A stretch of DNA of 64,000 nucleotides from an uncultured Streptococcus sp. (GTDB lineage: Bacteria > Bacillota > Bacilli > Lactobacillales > Streptococcaceae), in contig CALUBZ010000002.1 in NCBI GenBank assembly GCA_943914425.1, positions 3,200-67,199 on the forward strand, given 5' to 3'. This document shows, in pieces, positions 38,622 through 49,685 of the stretch. A program made the translations under genes and the position numbers. The notes beneath the pieces were generated by a model. It worked only from the letters and a program-made list of their open reading frames with translations. It did no database searches and had not been told where the DNA came from. Each line of letters opens with the position of its first letter. Position 1 is the stretch's first letter.

Positions 38622-38684
38622 TTATTTTGTTGCTTCTTTCTTTTGGAAAGTGGTTTGGTAATTTACTTTAATCGTTACGGTCAT
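38622..38684 (-). CDS. Putative 20-aa micropeptide MTVTIKVNYQTTFQKKEATK
   Basis: ATG with GAGGA RBS 7 nt upstream, own promoter and terminator; below the ORF-track cutoff. Confidence 0.6.
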   Translation of the reverse strand: MTVTIKVNYQTTFQKKEATK

Positions 38685-38715
38685 GTGAGAGTCCTCGTTT
38701 CTTTTTGATGACTCT

Positions 38716-38759
38716 AGTATAAGGACCAAACCTGAAAGCTAGCTTAAGATTTCCTTATA
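38716..38759 (-). promoter_or_regulatory. CiaR-type promoter
   Basis: TATAAG-N5-CTTAAG-N5-TTTCAG, then 10 bp, then -10 TATACT; matches the NTTAAG-N5-TTTAAG architecture. Confidence 0.75.
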
Positions 38760-38765
38760 GAAAGC

Positions 38766-38874
38766 TTATACTCAATGAAAATCAAAGAGCAAACTAGGAA
38801 GCTAGCCGTAGGCAGTACTTGAGTACGGCAAGGCGAAGCTGACGTGGTTTGAATTTGATTTTCGAAGAGTATTA
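38766..38874 (-). repeat. BOX element (boxA+boxC, no boxB)
   Basis: Minus strand TAATACTCTTCGAAAATC...CTTCCTAGTTTGCTCTTTGATTTTCATTGAGTATAA. Confidence 0.95.
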
Positions 38875-40887
38875 ATCTAAATGTTCTTTCTTTTCCATAT
38901 GAAGGGCAATCATCCGCCACTCTGGATCCTCTTGCCAAGCTTCTATCGCACTAATGTAGCTAGCAACCTTTCTGGCTTCTTCTAAAATTGGAAAATCTTC
39001 GATAATATCAGCTACTTGGAACTCTGGAAGTCCTGACTGTCTGGTTCCAAAAATCTCACCTGAACCACGCATTTTCAAATCTTCCTCAGCAAGAACAAAT
39101 CCATTGGTCGTTTCTGTCATGATGCGCATGCGGTCTTTCCCAGAATCCGTCTTGGGATTGGCAACGAGAACAGCATAGGACTGCTTGTCTCCCCGACCGA
39201 CACGACCTCTGAGCTGGTGAAGTTGGCTAAGCCCGAAGCGATCGGCATCCATGATAATCATAACTGTCGCATTTGGAACATTAACCCCAACCTCGATAAC
39301 CGTTGTCGAAACTAGAATATCCGTTTTTCGCTCTTTGAACTCCTGCATAATCTGGTCTTTTTCATCACTCTTCATCTTACCATGTAAAAGAGCCACCTCT
39401 GCCTTACCTGCAAAATGAGCTGTCAACTCTTCTGATAAGGCAATGGCATTTTTCAAATCCAGAGCTTCTGATTCTTCAATCAAGGGAGAGATGACGTAGG
39501 CTTGAGAACCTTTTTGGATTTCCCCCTCTAACCAAGTCAATACCTGAGGTAATTGCTCATGTTTGATCCAGCGTGTCACAATGGGTTTCCGACCCGCAGG
39601 CATCTGGTCGATAATGGAAACATCCATATCGCCAAAAGCTGTGATCGCCAAGGTCCGTGGAATGGGAGTCGCCGTCATCATGAGAACGTCAGGATTGTCT
39701 CCTTTTTCTCTCAGAACACGCCTTTGCCCTACACCAAAGCGGTGCTGCTCATCGATGATAATCAAGCCCAGACGAGCATAATCCACCCCATCCTGAATCA
39801 GAGCGTGGGTTCCAATAATCAAATCAGCCTCACCCTTGGCAATAGTCTCCAAGACTTCTCTCTTTTCTGCAGCTTTCAAGGAACCTGTCAAAAGAGCCAG
39901 TTTTAGGGCTGGGAAGAGACTCTTCAAACTCTCAAAGTGTTGCTCTGCAAGGATTTCTGTTGGTACCATGAGGGCTGCTTGGTAGCCAGCCGTCACTGCC
40001 GCATACATAGCCAAGCCAGCGACCACCGTTTTCCCGCTCCCCACATCCCCTTGTAGAAGACGATTCATGTGGTGGTCCGACTTCATATCGGTCAAAATTT
40101 CCTGCAAACTCTTTTCTTGAGCCTGAGTCAAGGAAAAAGGCAAGCTTTCTTTGACAGCTGTCACCTTTTCCTGAGACCAATTCAGAACCAGACCGCTTCC
40201 CTGAACTCTATTTTCAGACTTGAGCGTCTGCAACTGCATTTGGAAATAAAAGAGTTCCTCAAACTTGATACGGCGAAGGGCCTGCTTGTATTCTGCAAAA
40301 TCCTTGGGAAAATGCATGGCACGAACGGCCTGACAACGGGACATGAGTTTGTATTTGTCCAGCAAGGACTGGGGCAGATTTTCCTCTATCAAGAGGTCCA
40401 GACCCTGATCAAAGGCCGTTTTGATGACCTTGACCAGACTGACTTGACTGATTCCCTGAGTCAGACGATAGACAGGCTGGAGGTCATCTTCCACCTGAGC
40501 CAGGACCTTCATCCCAGTCAGACTAGCCTTGGCACGGTCCCATTTTCCAAAGACGGCAAGAGTTGCTCCCAACTCTATCTTATCAGCCAGATAGGGCTGG
40601 TTAAAGAAATTAACCGCAAAAACAACTTCTCCCTGCTTGAGACTAAAACGCAGTCGATTGCGCTTAAAACCATAATACTGGACACTGGCAGGAGTCACTA
40701 CTTGTCCAGACAGAACTGCCTTTTCTCCGTCTTCCAGCTCCAGCACCTGCTTGGTCTTGAAATCTTCATAACGGAAAGGAAAGTAGAGCAAGAGGTCTTG
40801 CAAATTTTCAATTCCTAGTTTGGCGTATTTTTCTGCTGACTTTGGTCCCACACCAGGTAAGACATGCAAGGGTTGATGTAGATTCAT
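38872..40887 (-). CDS. recG: ATP-dependent DNA helicase RecG
   Basis: QGDVGSGKT, DEQHRFG, QLRGRVGRG motifs. Confidence 0.98.
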   Translation of the reverse strand: MNLHQPLHVLPGVGPKSAEKYAKLGIENLQDLLLYFPFRYEDFKTKQVLELEDGEKAVLSGQVVTPASVQYYGFKRNRLRFSLKQGEVVFAVNFFNQPYLADKIELGATLAVFGKWDRAKASLTGMKVLAQVEDDLQPVYRLTQGISQVSLVKVIKTAFDQGLDLLIEENLPQSLLDKYKLMSRCQAVRAMHFPKDFAEYKQALRRIKFEELFYFQMQLQTLKSENRVQGSGLVLNWSQEKVTAVKESLPFSLTQAQEKSLQEILTDMKSDHHMNRLLQGDVGSGKTVVAGLAMYAAVTAGYQAALMVPTEILAEQHFESLKSLFPALKLALLTGSLKAAEKREVLETIAKGEADLIIGTHALIQDGVDYARLGLIIIDEQHRFGVGQRRVLREKGDNPDVLMMTATPIPRTLAITAFGDMDVSIIDQMPAGRKPIVTRWIKHEQLPQVLTWLEGEIQKGSQAYVISPLIEESEALDLKNAIALSEELTAHFAGKAEVALLHGKMKSDEKDQIMQEFKERKTDILVSTTVIEVGVNVPNATVMIIMDADRFGLSQLHQLRGRVGRGDKQSYAVLVANPKTDSGKDRMRIMTETTNGFVLAEEDLKMRGSGEIFGTRQSGLPEFQVADIIEDFPILEEARKVASYISAIEAWQEDPEWRMIALHMEKKEHLD

Positions 40888-40905
40888 GCTCCACTCCTTT
40901 CTTTT

Positions 40906-42009
40906 CTAATCATATTCTCTCGGAATGCGATCGCTGAGGAGACAAACCACCTCGTAGTTAATAGTCCCACGGTAGGTCGCTACCTGAGTAGCTGTGATTT
41001 CCTTGCCCCCTTTGGTACCAATCAAGGTTACCTTGGTTCCCAGCGGATAAGGCTTAGGCAGACGAATGGTGATTTGGTCCATCGAAACCCTGCCGACGAT
41101 TGGGCAAGCTTGGCCATCTACCAAGACAGAAAAATTCTGCATGTCTCGTGTCCAACCATCCGCATAGCCGATCGGCACGGTCGCGATGACTTGCTCGCTA
41201 TCTGCCTGATAGGTCGCTCCGTAGCCCATGCAAGCTCCAGCTGGAACTGTCTTGACATGAACCAGAGCAGATTCCAAGGTCAAGGCTGGAGTCAAGTCAT
41301 AAGGCAAGTCCAAGACCGCTCCGCTAGGATTAAGACCATACATGGCATCTCCCATACGAACCGCGTTAAAAATAGTCTCTGCATGCCAAAGAGTCGTTGC
41401 CGAATTGCTGGCATGAACCAGCTCTGGAAGACCTTTCATACTTTCCAAAATAGTTTTAAACCGTTCTAACTGGGCATTAAAGTAGGTATCTGATTCCTCA
41501 TCTGCAGTAGCAAAATGGGTAAAAATTCCCTCAACACAAGCACCGTGTTGTCTGAGCAAGTCTTGAGCCTGCTCAGCCTCACAAGCCTCTCTAAAACCAA
41601 TCCTTCCCATTCCTGAGTCAATCTTGAGATGGACTGTTAAACCTGCTAGGTCTTCCTCACTAGATAAGAGTGCTTGAATCCACTCCAGTCCAGCCACAGT
41701 CAAGGTGATATCGTATTCTTTAGCAAGAGAAACAGCTTCGATTTCAGAAACTCCTAAAATGAGGATTCGCTTGCTCAGTCCAGCCTGTCTGAGTTCAATA
41801 GCCTCATCAATATTGGAAACGCAAAAACCATCAACATCGTCCTGAATCGCCTTGGAAACGGCAACAGCCCCATGTCCATAGGCATTGGCCTTGACCACAG
41901 CCCACTTGAGCGTTCCTTCAGGGATATGAGTCCCCATTTGCTGAATATTGTGTCGAATAGCTCCCAGATGAATCAGAGCCTTGGTTGGTCTATGTGGACT
42001 AGCTTTCAT
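40906..42009 (-). CDS. alr: Alanine racemase
   Basis: [13 protein letters not shown] lysine motif; start adjusted to MKASPH. Confidence 0.98.
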   Translation of the reverse strand: MKASPHRPTKALIHLGAIRHNIQQMGTHIPEGTLKWAVVKANAYGHGAVAVSKAIQDDVDGFCVSNIDEAIELRQAGLSKRILILGVSEIEAVSLAKEYDITLTVAGLEWIQALLSSEEDLAGLTVHLKIDSGMGRIGFREACEAEQAQDLLRQHGACVEGIFTHFATADEESDTYFNAQLERFKTILESMKGLPELVHASNSATTLWHAETIFNAVRMGDAMYGLNPSGAVLDLPYDLTPALTLESALVHVKTVPAGACMGYGATYQADSEQVIATVPIGYADGWTRDMQNFSVLVDGQACPIVGRVSMDQITIRLPKPYPLGTKVTLIGTKGGKEITATQVATYRGTINYEVVCLLSDRIPREYD

Positions 42010-42367
42010 GATTTTCCTCCAAAATGACACTGGCTGTCACAAACTGATCTGTATGGCTGATAGACAGCCAAATCTTTCCTGAAAATGGTGCCTGACTAAA
42101 ATAAGGCGCCCCGCGTTCATTGCTTAAGACTTCCAAATCCTGAAAACCAAGCTTGCCAATACCCGTTCCCATAGCCTTGTAAAAGGCTTCTTTAGCCGAC
42201 CAGCGACCTGCCAAATATTCAATCTGCCTGCGCCCTTTGAGACTGTTAAATCGTTCCATTTCCTTAGCGGTCAGAACGCGCTTAGCAAAGCCTTCATGTC
42301 GTGTAACTGCGCTTTCTATCGAAGCTAATTCTTCGATGTCAATTCCGTGTCCAACTATCATTCTCAT
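41999..42367 (-). CDS. acpS: Holo-ACP synthase
   Basis: GHGIDI and AGRWSAKEA motifs; start at 42367 or 42361. Confidence 0.95.
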   Translation of the reverse strand: MRMIVGHGIDIEELASIESAVTRHEGFAKRVLTAKEMERFNSLKGRRQIEYLAGRWSAKEAFYKAMGTGIGKLGFQDLEVLSNERGAPYFSQAPFSGKIWLSISHTDQFVTASVILEENHES

Positions 42368-42405
42368 CAAAAGGAGTTGAGATTCCCCAACTCCATCCTT
42401 TTCAC

Positions 42406-43437
42406 TTATTTTGTCAAGGTAGCATAGATTTCTTCTACCAAGGCCTCTGTATTTTCCCAACCCAAGCAAGGATCTGTAATAGAGCAACCAAAAACCTCTG
42501 GTTGGTTTTGACGACCATCTGCTAGGTAGGATTCAATCATAAATCCTCGAACCGTCTTTTTAATCTTCTCATTCCAATCACGATTCTGCAAGGCCTGGCG
42601 AACAATTCGAATCTGCTCCATATATTGCTTGCCTGAGTTATCATGGTTGGTATCAATGAGGATAAAGGGATTTTCAAGTCCCATGGCTTCATAGCGTTCA
42701 ATGGCATTTAGCAGGGTTTCATAGTAAAAGTTAGGCTCATTTTTCCCATATTCATTAACTGCGCCACGAAGGATGACGTGGGCCAAGGGATTTCCTGAAG
42801 TCTCAACTTCTTGACCATGGAAGAGGAAAGTCTGTTTGTTCTGAGCGGCATAGATGCCATTAAACATGACACCCAAATTTCCAGAGGTTGGATTTTTCAT
42901 CCCGACTGGTGCATCAATTCCTGAAGCCACAAAGCGGTGCTCTTGATCTTCCACAGAACGAGCCCCCACAGCATGGTAGCTGACCAAATCATCTACCAAG
43001 ACCAGATTTGACGGATAAAGCATCTCATCTGCCGTTGTCAAACCAGTCTCTGTAATCACGCGGTAGTGCAACTGGCGTACAGCCTGCAAGCCGTTAATCA
43101 GGCTTGGAGCCTTAGAGGTATCTGGTTGGTGAACCAAACCTTTATAGCCGTCTCCGTTGGTGCGAGGTTTAGCTGTATAAACACGCATAACCATGAAAAT
43201 CTTGTCCGCCACCTTCTTCTGCAAGGCTGATAAACGGCGGGCATATTCCAAGACAGCCTCTTCATTGTCAGACGAGCAAGGACCAATCACTAAAAGAATT
43301 CGGTCATCTTCTCCTGAAATAATGTCTGCCAATTCTCTATCACGGCGCTCCTTTAGTCGCAAGGCTTCCGCAGACAATTGGGTTTCTGCCTTGATTGCTT
43401 CAATATCGATTTCTTGACCTTTTTCAATAAATGCCAT
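42406..43437 (-). CDS. DAHP synthase (class I alpha), paralog 1
   Basis: GPCS, KPRT, VGARS and DTNHDNS motifs. Confidence 0.95.
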   Translation of the reverse strand: MAFIEKGQEIDIEAIKAETQLSAEALRLKERRDRELADIISGEDDRILLVIGPCSSDNEEAVLEYARRLSALQKKVADKIFMVMRVYTAKPRTNGDGYKGLVHQPDTSKAPSLINGLQAVRQLHYRVITETGLTTADEMLYPSNLVLVDDLVSYHAVGARSVEDQEHRFVASGIDAPVGMKNPTSGNLGVMFNGIYAAQNKQTFLFHGQEVETSGNPLAHVILRGAVNEYGKNEPNFYYETLLNAIERYEAMGLENPFILIDTNHDNSGKQYMEQIRIVRQALQNRDWNEKIKKTVRGFMIESYLADGRQNQPEVFGCSITDPCLGWENTEALVEEIYATLTK

Positions 43438-43438
43438 C

Positions 43439-44470
43439 TTATTCTCCTAGCGTTTGGTAGATTTCTCTGACAAGGGCTTCCGTATTTTCCCAGCCAAGGC
43501 AAGGGTCTGTGATAGACTTGCCAAATACTTCCGGTTCGTTTTGACGTCCATCTTCTAGATAAGATTCAATCATAAAGCCACGAACGTACTGCTTGATTTT
43601 TTCATTCCAATCACGATTAATCAAGGTCTGGCGAACAATTCGAATCTGATCCATGTATTGCTTACCAGAATTGTCATGATTGGTATCCACAATGATAAAA
43701 GGATTTTCCAAGCCCATTTTCTCATACTGTGCAATGGTATCCATCAAATTATCATAGTAGTAGTTAGGAATATTCTTACCATACTCATTGATCGCTCCAC
43801 GAAGAATGGCGTGCGAAAGCGGGTTCCCAGTTGTTTCCACCTCTTTTCCTAGGAAGAGGAAGCTTTGTTTGTTTTGAGCAGCATAAATCCCATTAAACAT
43901 AACATTGAGATTTCCAGAGGTTGGATTTTTAAAACCAGTCGCAAAATCTGCTCCACTAGCCACAAAGCGGTGTTGCTGGTCTTCAACTGAACGAGCACCG
44001 ACCGCCATGTAAGAAATCAAATCATCCACTAGCGGAAGATTTTCAGGATAAAGCATTTCGTCAGCTGTCGTCATACCTGTTTCCGTGATAACACGATAGT
44101 GAAGATGGCGAACAGCTTTGATTCCGTTGATAAGACTAGGCGCTTCTGTCGCGTTAGGCTGGTGAATCAAGCCTTTATAGCCATCTCCGTTGGTACGGGG
44201 TTTGGCAGTATAAACACGCATAACCATAAAGATACGGTCTGCTACTTCTGCTTGCAGGACTGCCAAACGCTTAGCGTATTCAAGAACAGCTTCTTCATTG
44301 TCAGATGAGCATGGCCCGATTACCAAGAGAATCCGCTGGTCTTCTCCACGTATAATGGCTTCTAGCTCTTTATCGCGCTGTGATTTTCTCTCCAAAGCTT
44401 GGCCTTCTAATTTTGATAAGGCACGAACTTCTTCAATATTAATTTTAGGACTTTTTGCTGTAAATACCAT
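43439..44470 (-). CDS. DAHP synthase (class I alpha), paralog 2
   Basis: Same motifs; tandem pair as in other streptococci. Confidence 0.95.
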   Translation of the reverse strand: MVFTAKSPKINIEEVRALSKLEGQALERKSQRDKELEAIIRGEDQRILLVIGPCSSDNEEAVLEYAKRLAVLQAEVADRIFMVMRVYTAKPRTNGDGYKGLIHQPNATEAPSLINGIKAVRHLHYRVITETGMTTADEMLYPENLPLVDDLISYMAVGARSVEDQQHRFVASGADFATGFKNPTSGNLNVMFNGIYAAQNKQSFLFLGKEVETTGNPLSHAILRGAINEYGKNIPNYYYDNLMDTIAQYEKMGLENPFIIVDTNHDNSGKQYMDQIRIVRQTLINRDWNEKIKQYVRGFMIESYLEDGRQNEPEVFGKSITDPCLGWENTEALVREIYQTLGE

Positions 44471-44550
44471 AACTCATCTCCTTATAAAGTAAACGGATAC
44501 CAAGTAAAAATTTACTTTTCACAAGGTATCCGCCTCTAAACTATCTCATT

Positions 44551-47064
44551 TTATTGTCTTTTACCGTGACAGTTTTTAAACTTCTTACCAGAACCACATG
44601 GGCAAAGTTCATTCCGTCCAATCTGACTCAAATCCAGATTTTCAGGCATATTTGCTTGGTGGGCAGCGATATTGCGAGTCGCTGTTGTACTGATATGGTG
44701 TTCTGCTTGTGGTCTTTCTTGTTCATGAATTTGTGCTTTCATCATCAAGCGTGTCACATCAAACTCAATCGAACCAATCATGTCATTAAACATACGGAAA
44801 CCTTCCGCCTGATACTCAACAACAGGGTTGTTCTGAGCATAGCCACGAAGTCCAACCGCGTTACGCAATTGATCAAGGGCATCGATATGATCTGTCCACT
44901 TGTTATCTACCACTCGTAGAATCAAAACTTTTTGAAATTCTTTAACTGCTTCTTCATCGCGTAGTTTTGAGACCTGACTATCGTAAACTTGCAAGGCACG
45001 TTGGAAGAGCTCTTCCTTAATTGCCTTATCAGACAAGCCTGACAAGTCTTCCATCGTAATAGAATCTTCTGGAAGCAAGTTGTACTTAGCAAAGTTCAAA
45101 ATTGCTTCTAGTTTTTCATCTTGTTTGGCACGCGCATGACCATCAACGACACGACCAATCGTGCGTTTGATCATTGCCTGAATTTCAGGTGCCAAGTCAC
45201 GGTCTGCAGTGATAACATCATAACGTTGAGCGTAGATAATCTCACGTTGTTCACGCATGACATCATCGTATTGAAGGACTTGTTTACGGGTATCGTAGTT
45301 ATTTCCTTCGACACGTTTTTGAGCCGCTTCAACCTGACGTGTCAACATACGAGACTCAATGGCTTCATCAGACATATTGAGACGTTCGAAGACACCTTTC
45401 AGACGTTCAGAACCAAAACGTTTCATCAAATCATCTTCAAGAGAGAGGTAGAATTGTGACTCACCTGGGTCTCCTTGACGACCTGAACGTCCACGAAGCT
45501 GGTTATCGATACGACGGCTTTCATGACGTTCTGTACCAATCACACAAAGTCCACCTAATTCGCGAACCCCTTCACCAAGCTTGATATCGGTACCACGACC
45601 GGCCATGTTGGTTGCGATGGTAACAGCACCACGTTGACCAGCATTCATAATAATTTGGGCTTCTTTATAGTGGTTTTTGGCGTTCAAGACTTCGTGAGGA
45701 ACACCAGCTTCAACCAATTTCTTAGAAATGTAGTCACTGGTTTCAACTGCTACTGTACCAACCAAGACAGGTTGACCTTTTTGGTAACGAGCCTTAACGT
45801 CTTCGACAACTGCCTTAAACTTAGCTTCAATGCTAGCAAAAAGTAAGTCTGGATGATCAATACGTTGAACAGGACGGTTTGTTGGGATTGGAATAACACG
45901 AATGTTGTAAATTTCACGGAATTCTTCTTCCTCAGTCTTACCTGTACCCGTCATACCAGACAATTTCTTGTACATACGGAAAAGGTTTTGGTAAGTGATT
46001 GAGGCAGATGTCTTGGTTTCATCTTGGATTGGAACACCTTCTTTGGCTTCAATGGCTTGGTGCAATCCATCAGAATAACGACGACCTTCCATGGTACGAC
46101 CTGTAAATTGGTCGACGATCAAGATTTCTTGCTCTTCGCTCACCACATAGTCAATATCGAGAAGCATGATGTAGTTGGCACGAAGGGCGTTATCGATAAA
46201 GTGAGTCAGAGCTACGTTTTCGATGTCATAAAGGTTTTCAAGCTTGAAGTAGCTTTCAGCCTTGTCAATCCCTGAATCAGACAAACCAATAGTCTTGGAC
46301 TGCACATCAATGATGTAGTCGTCTTTGTCCAACGATTTTACATAGTGGTCTGCCATGTGGTAGAGCTGACTGGTTTCAACTGCATTAGCACCTGATACGA
46401 TCAAAGGTGTACGGGCCTCGTCAATCAAGATAGAGTCAACCTCATCGACCAAAGCATAGTTAAGCGGACGTTGTACCATGTTTTCAGCACGAACGACCAT
46501 GTTATCACGAAGGTAGTCAAATCCGATTTCTGAGTTGGTTGAGTAGGTAATATCACACTCATAGGCTTCTTTTTTCTCCATTGGAGATTTGGCAGCCAAG
46601 TTAATTCCTACTGACAGACCAAGCCATGAGTACAATTCACCCATCTCAGTCGCATCACGTTCTGACAGGTATTCGTTAACCGTAACTACGTGAACCCCTT
46701 TACCTGAAAGAGCATTGAGGTATACCGGCATAGTCGCAGTCAAAGTTTTCCCTTCCCCTGTACGCATTTCTGGCACGTCACCATGGTGAAGAACGATTCC
46801 CCCCATAACCTGAACCTTATATGGGAAGAGACCTAGGACACGTTTGGCACCTTCACGGACAACCGCAAATGCTTCATAAAGCAATGAATCCAGTGATTCT
46901 CCATTTTGATAACGTTCTTTAAATTCAACTGTTTTTGCTTTTAATTGGTCATCTGTCAAAGCAGCCATTTGGTCTTCGTATTTGAAAACCTTGTCGGCCA
47001 TCTTTTCCAGACGACGGATTTCTCCTTTATCATTTTCGATAATTGTTTTTAAAATATTAGCCAT
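44551..47064 (-). CDS. secA: Protein translocase ATPase SecA
   Basis: [13 protein letters not shown]-terminal [17 protein letters not shown]. Confidence 0.99.
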   Translation of the reverse strand: MANILKTIIENDKGEIRRLEKMADKVFKYEDQMAALTDDQLKAKTVEFKERYQNGESLDSLLYEAFAVVREGAKRVLGLFPYKVQVMGGIVLHHGDVPEMRTGEGKTLTATMPVYLNALSGKGVHVVTVNEYLSERDATEMGELYSWLGLSVGINLAAKSPMEKKEAYECDITYSTNSEIGFDYLRDNMVVRAENMVQRPLNYALVDEVDSILIDEARTPLIVSGANAVETSQLYHMADHYVKSLDKDDYIIDVQSKTIGLSDSGIDKAESYFKLENLYDIENVALTHFIDNALRANYIMLLDIDYVVSEEQEILIVDQFTGRTMEGRRYSDGLHQAIEAKEGVPIQDETKTSASITYQNLFRMYKKLSGMTGTGKTEEEEFREIYNIRVIPIPTNRPVQRIDHPDLLFASIEAKFKAVVEDVKARYQKGQPVLVGTVAVETSDYISKKLVEAGVPHEVLNAKNHYKEAQIIMNAGQRGAVTIATNMAGRGTDIKLGEGVRELGGLCVIGTERHESRRIDNQLRGRSGRQGDPGESQFYLSLEDDLMKRFGSERLKGVFERLNMSDEAIESRMLTRQVEAAQKRVEGNNYDTRKQVLQYDDVMREQREIIYAQRYDVITADRDLAPEIQAMIKRTIGRVVDGHARAKQDEKLEAILNFAKYNLLPEDSITMEDLSGLSDKAIKEELFQRALQVYDSQVSKLRDEEAVKEFQKVLILRVVDNKWTDHIDALDQLRNAVGLRGYAQNNPVVEYQAEGFRMFNDMIGSIEFDVTRLMMKAQIHEQERPQAEHHISTTATRNIAAHQANMPENLDLSQIGRNELCPCGSGKKFKNCHGKRQ

Positions 47065-47209
47065 GTTTTTCCTTACTTTAAATTCCGAATATTTTAGAAT
47101 GTTCTTTTAATTTTAGCACAAATACTGATTATTTTCAAGGAAGAATCCCTATTTTGAAAAGGAAAAAGAGGCTAGTTTCCAAGCTAACCTCTCTGACTTT
47201 TATGATACT

Positions 47210-47497
47210 TTAATTGCCAAAAATTGGCAAAAGAGCAAATAAGATAAATAGATTAATCCAAAGAGAAAGACAGCAGATAAGTCCAAAAACAAAGAGACTG
47301 ACTTTCTTGGACATCAAGGCCATCAAAATGGACAGAATTCCAAAAACTAGCAAAACTTTCTGCATGATTAAGAGATTGATAGATATTCCCAGAACTGGTT
47401 TATCCCAAGGAACAAAGAAGAAAGCCAGCCAGATTAACAGAACTAAACCAATATAGACCTTGGAATAGCGTGTAATAAATGATGTTAGATGTGCCAT
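47210..47497 (-). CDS. Small hypothetical membrane protein (3 TM)
   Basis: AGGAGG RBS, 95 aa hydrophobic, terminator at 47163-47193. Confidence 0.75.
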   Translation of the reverse strand: MAHLTSFITRYSKVYIGLVLLIWLAFFFVPWDKPVLGISINLLIMQKVLLVFGILSILMALMSKKVSLFVFGLICCLSLWINLFILFALLPIFGN

Positions 47498-47530
47498 AAG
47501 CCACCTCCTATAAATAGAAACCGAAATAAA

Positions 47531-47878
47531 TCAATGCCTTTCGCCCTTAGACTTTCTTAACTCCTTTCTTAGTCTAAACATGTTTTTGAAAAAGATATAG
47601 TCTAACCAGTCACTGCCTAGAGATATGACTATCAAAAGCAACCCAACACCCCAAGTACTAGCATCTGATTCATGTTGCAGAACAAAAGGGAAAAATAAGA
47701 ATGAAAAAATTGTCATATCCAAGCTAAACAGAGCTAAAAGGGAAATATAAATCCAGTAAAAATAGTAGAAGATGGGGAAAATTTTACTGTTTCTGTCAGC
47801 ATTGTCTATCCAATAGAAAAAATAAAAACAAGGAAATAAGAGTATCAAATTAAACCAATTAAAGGACAGTTTCATCAT
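47531..47878 (-). CDS. Hypothetical membrane protein, paralog A
   Basis: GAGGAGG RBS; aromatic-rich TMs and basic C-tail; similar to 47944-48279. Confidence 0.75.
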   Translation of the reverse strand: MMKLSFNWFNLILLFPCFYFFYWIDNADRNSKIFPIFYYFYWIYISLLALFSLDMTIFSFLFFPFVLQHESDASTWGVGLLLIVISLGSDWLDYIFFKNMFRLRKELRKSKGERH

Positions 47879-47943
47879 CGACACCTCCTCTTTAAAATTG
47901 TTTTCTTTAGTTTCGTTCTATTAAGTGTTATTACCAATATAAA

Positions 47944-48279
47944 TCAATGCCTTCCACCTTTAGACTTCCCCAGTTCCCGTCTCAAGCGAAGCATTTTTTT
48001 GAAAAAGATATAGGTTAACCAAGAACTGGAAAAAGCAATAAGTAGTAATAATAGCCAAATGCCCCAAGACTTGATGTCTGCCACATTTCTCAATAGGATA
48101 TTGAAAGATAGGACTGAAAAAACTGTCCAAGCAAGGCTAAAAAGAGCATAGAGGGTAATGTAAATCCAGTAAAAATAGTAAAAAATTGGGAAAAATTTAC
48201 TATCTCTGTTGGCCTTTTCAATCCAGCTGAAAAAGTAAAAACAGGGTAATAAGATTAACAATTTAAACAAATGTTCCAT
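47944..48279 (-). CDS. Hypothetical membrane protein, paralog B
   Basis: Start adjusted to MEHLFK with GAGGT RBS; shares FPIFYYFYWIYI with paralog A. Confidence 0.75.
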   Translation of the reverse strand: MEHLFKLLILLPCFYFFSWIEKANRDSKFFPIFYYFYWIYITLYALFSLAWTVFSVLSFNILLRNVADIKSWGIWLLLLLIAFSSSWLTYIFFKKMLRLRRELGKSKGGRH

Positions 48280-48361
48280 CAGCAGCACCTCTTTTGATAG
48301 CGTTTTCTTTAACTTCATTCTATCAAAAAAATCTGGAAATGTCATTCCAGATTCTACTTTT

Positions 48362-49672
48362 TTATTTGCGTTTTCTTGCGATGAGATGGATTGGTGTTCC
48401 TTCAAAGACAAAGGCCTTGCGGATTTGATTTTCCAAGAAACGAAGGTAAGAAAAGTGCATGAGTTCTTCTTCGTTGACAAAGATAACAAAGGTTGGTGGT
48501 TTAGTTGCCACTTGAGTCGCATAGAAAATCTTAAGACGTTTTCCTTTGTCTGTCGGTGTTGGGTTGATGGCAATGGCATCCATGATGACATCGTTCAAGA
48601 CAGCTGATGGGATACGTGTATTTTGACTTTCACTGATTTGCTTAATCATCTCAGGAAGTTTGTGGAGACGTTGCTTAGTCAAAGCAGATACAAAGATAAT
48701 CGGTGCGTAAGGCAGGTATTGGAACTGCTCACGGATATCTTCTTCCCAGTTTTTCATAGTATGGTTGTCTTTTTCAAGCGTATCCCACTTGTTGACCACG
48801 ATAATCATTCCTTTACCAGCTTCATGGGCAAATCCTGCGATACGCTTGTCGTATTCACGGATACCTTCTTCCGCATTGATGACCATTAAGACCACATCTG
48901 AGCGGTCAATAGCTCGCATGGCACGCATGACAGAGTATTTCTCAGTATTTTCATAAACCTTACCAGACTTACGCATACCAGCCGTATCAATCATTGTAAA
49001 CTCTTGACCATCTGTATCTGTAAAGTGGGTATCAATAGCGTCACGAGTTGTTCCAGCAACGGGACTGGCAATGACACGGTCTTCTCCCAAGATAGCATTG
49101 ATCAAGCTTGATTTTCCAACGTTGGGACGACCAATCAGACTAAACTTAATGACATCTGGATTTTCTTCCTCATATTCATTTGGAAGATTTTCTACGATCG
49201 CGTCTAGCACATCCCCTGTACCGATCCCATGGACAGATGAAATAGGCAGTGGTTCACCCAAACCGAGAGCATAGAAATCATAGATATCATTTCGCATCTC
49301 AGGGTTGTCCACCTTGTTGACTGCGAGGATAACTGGTTTGTGGGTCTTATAAAGCTTACGGGCTACGTATTCATCCGCATCGGTAATTCCTTCCTTACCA
49401 GATACGACAAAGACGATAACATCGGCTTCTTCCATGGCAATTTCTGCCTGGTGCTTGATTTGTTCCATGAAAGGAGCATCGACATCATCGATTCCTCCTG
49501 TATCAATCATGCTAAAAGAGCGATTGAGCCACTCACCCGTTGCATAGATACGGTCACGTGTCACTCCTTCGACATCTTCTACAATGGAGATTCGCTCACC
49601 AGCGATCCGATTAAATAGGGTTGATTTCCCAACATTGGGACGTCCTACAATGGCAATAGTTGGTAGGGCCAT
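48362..49672 (-). CDS. der: Ribosome biogenesis GTPase Der
   Basis: Two GRPNVGKS G-domains. Confidence 0.99.
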
Positions 49673-49685
49673 AATTTCTCACTTT

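Noticed and set aside
38744..38938. 64-aa ORF overlapping the recG end
   Set aside because: Reads through the BOX element; typical repeat-derived spurious ORF
40069..40818. 249-aa plus-strand ORF
   Set aside because: Antisense to recG with no recognisable motifs
42406..44470. Tandem DAHP synthases as a recent duplication
   Set aside because: Diverged pair that is a normal streptococcal arrangement
48280..48591. N-terminal extension of the 215-aa ORF
   Set aside because: Overlaps der out of frame; RBS and paralog alignment support a start at 48279
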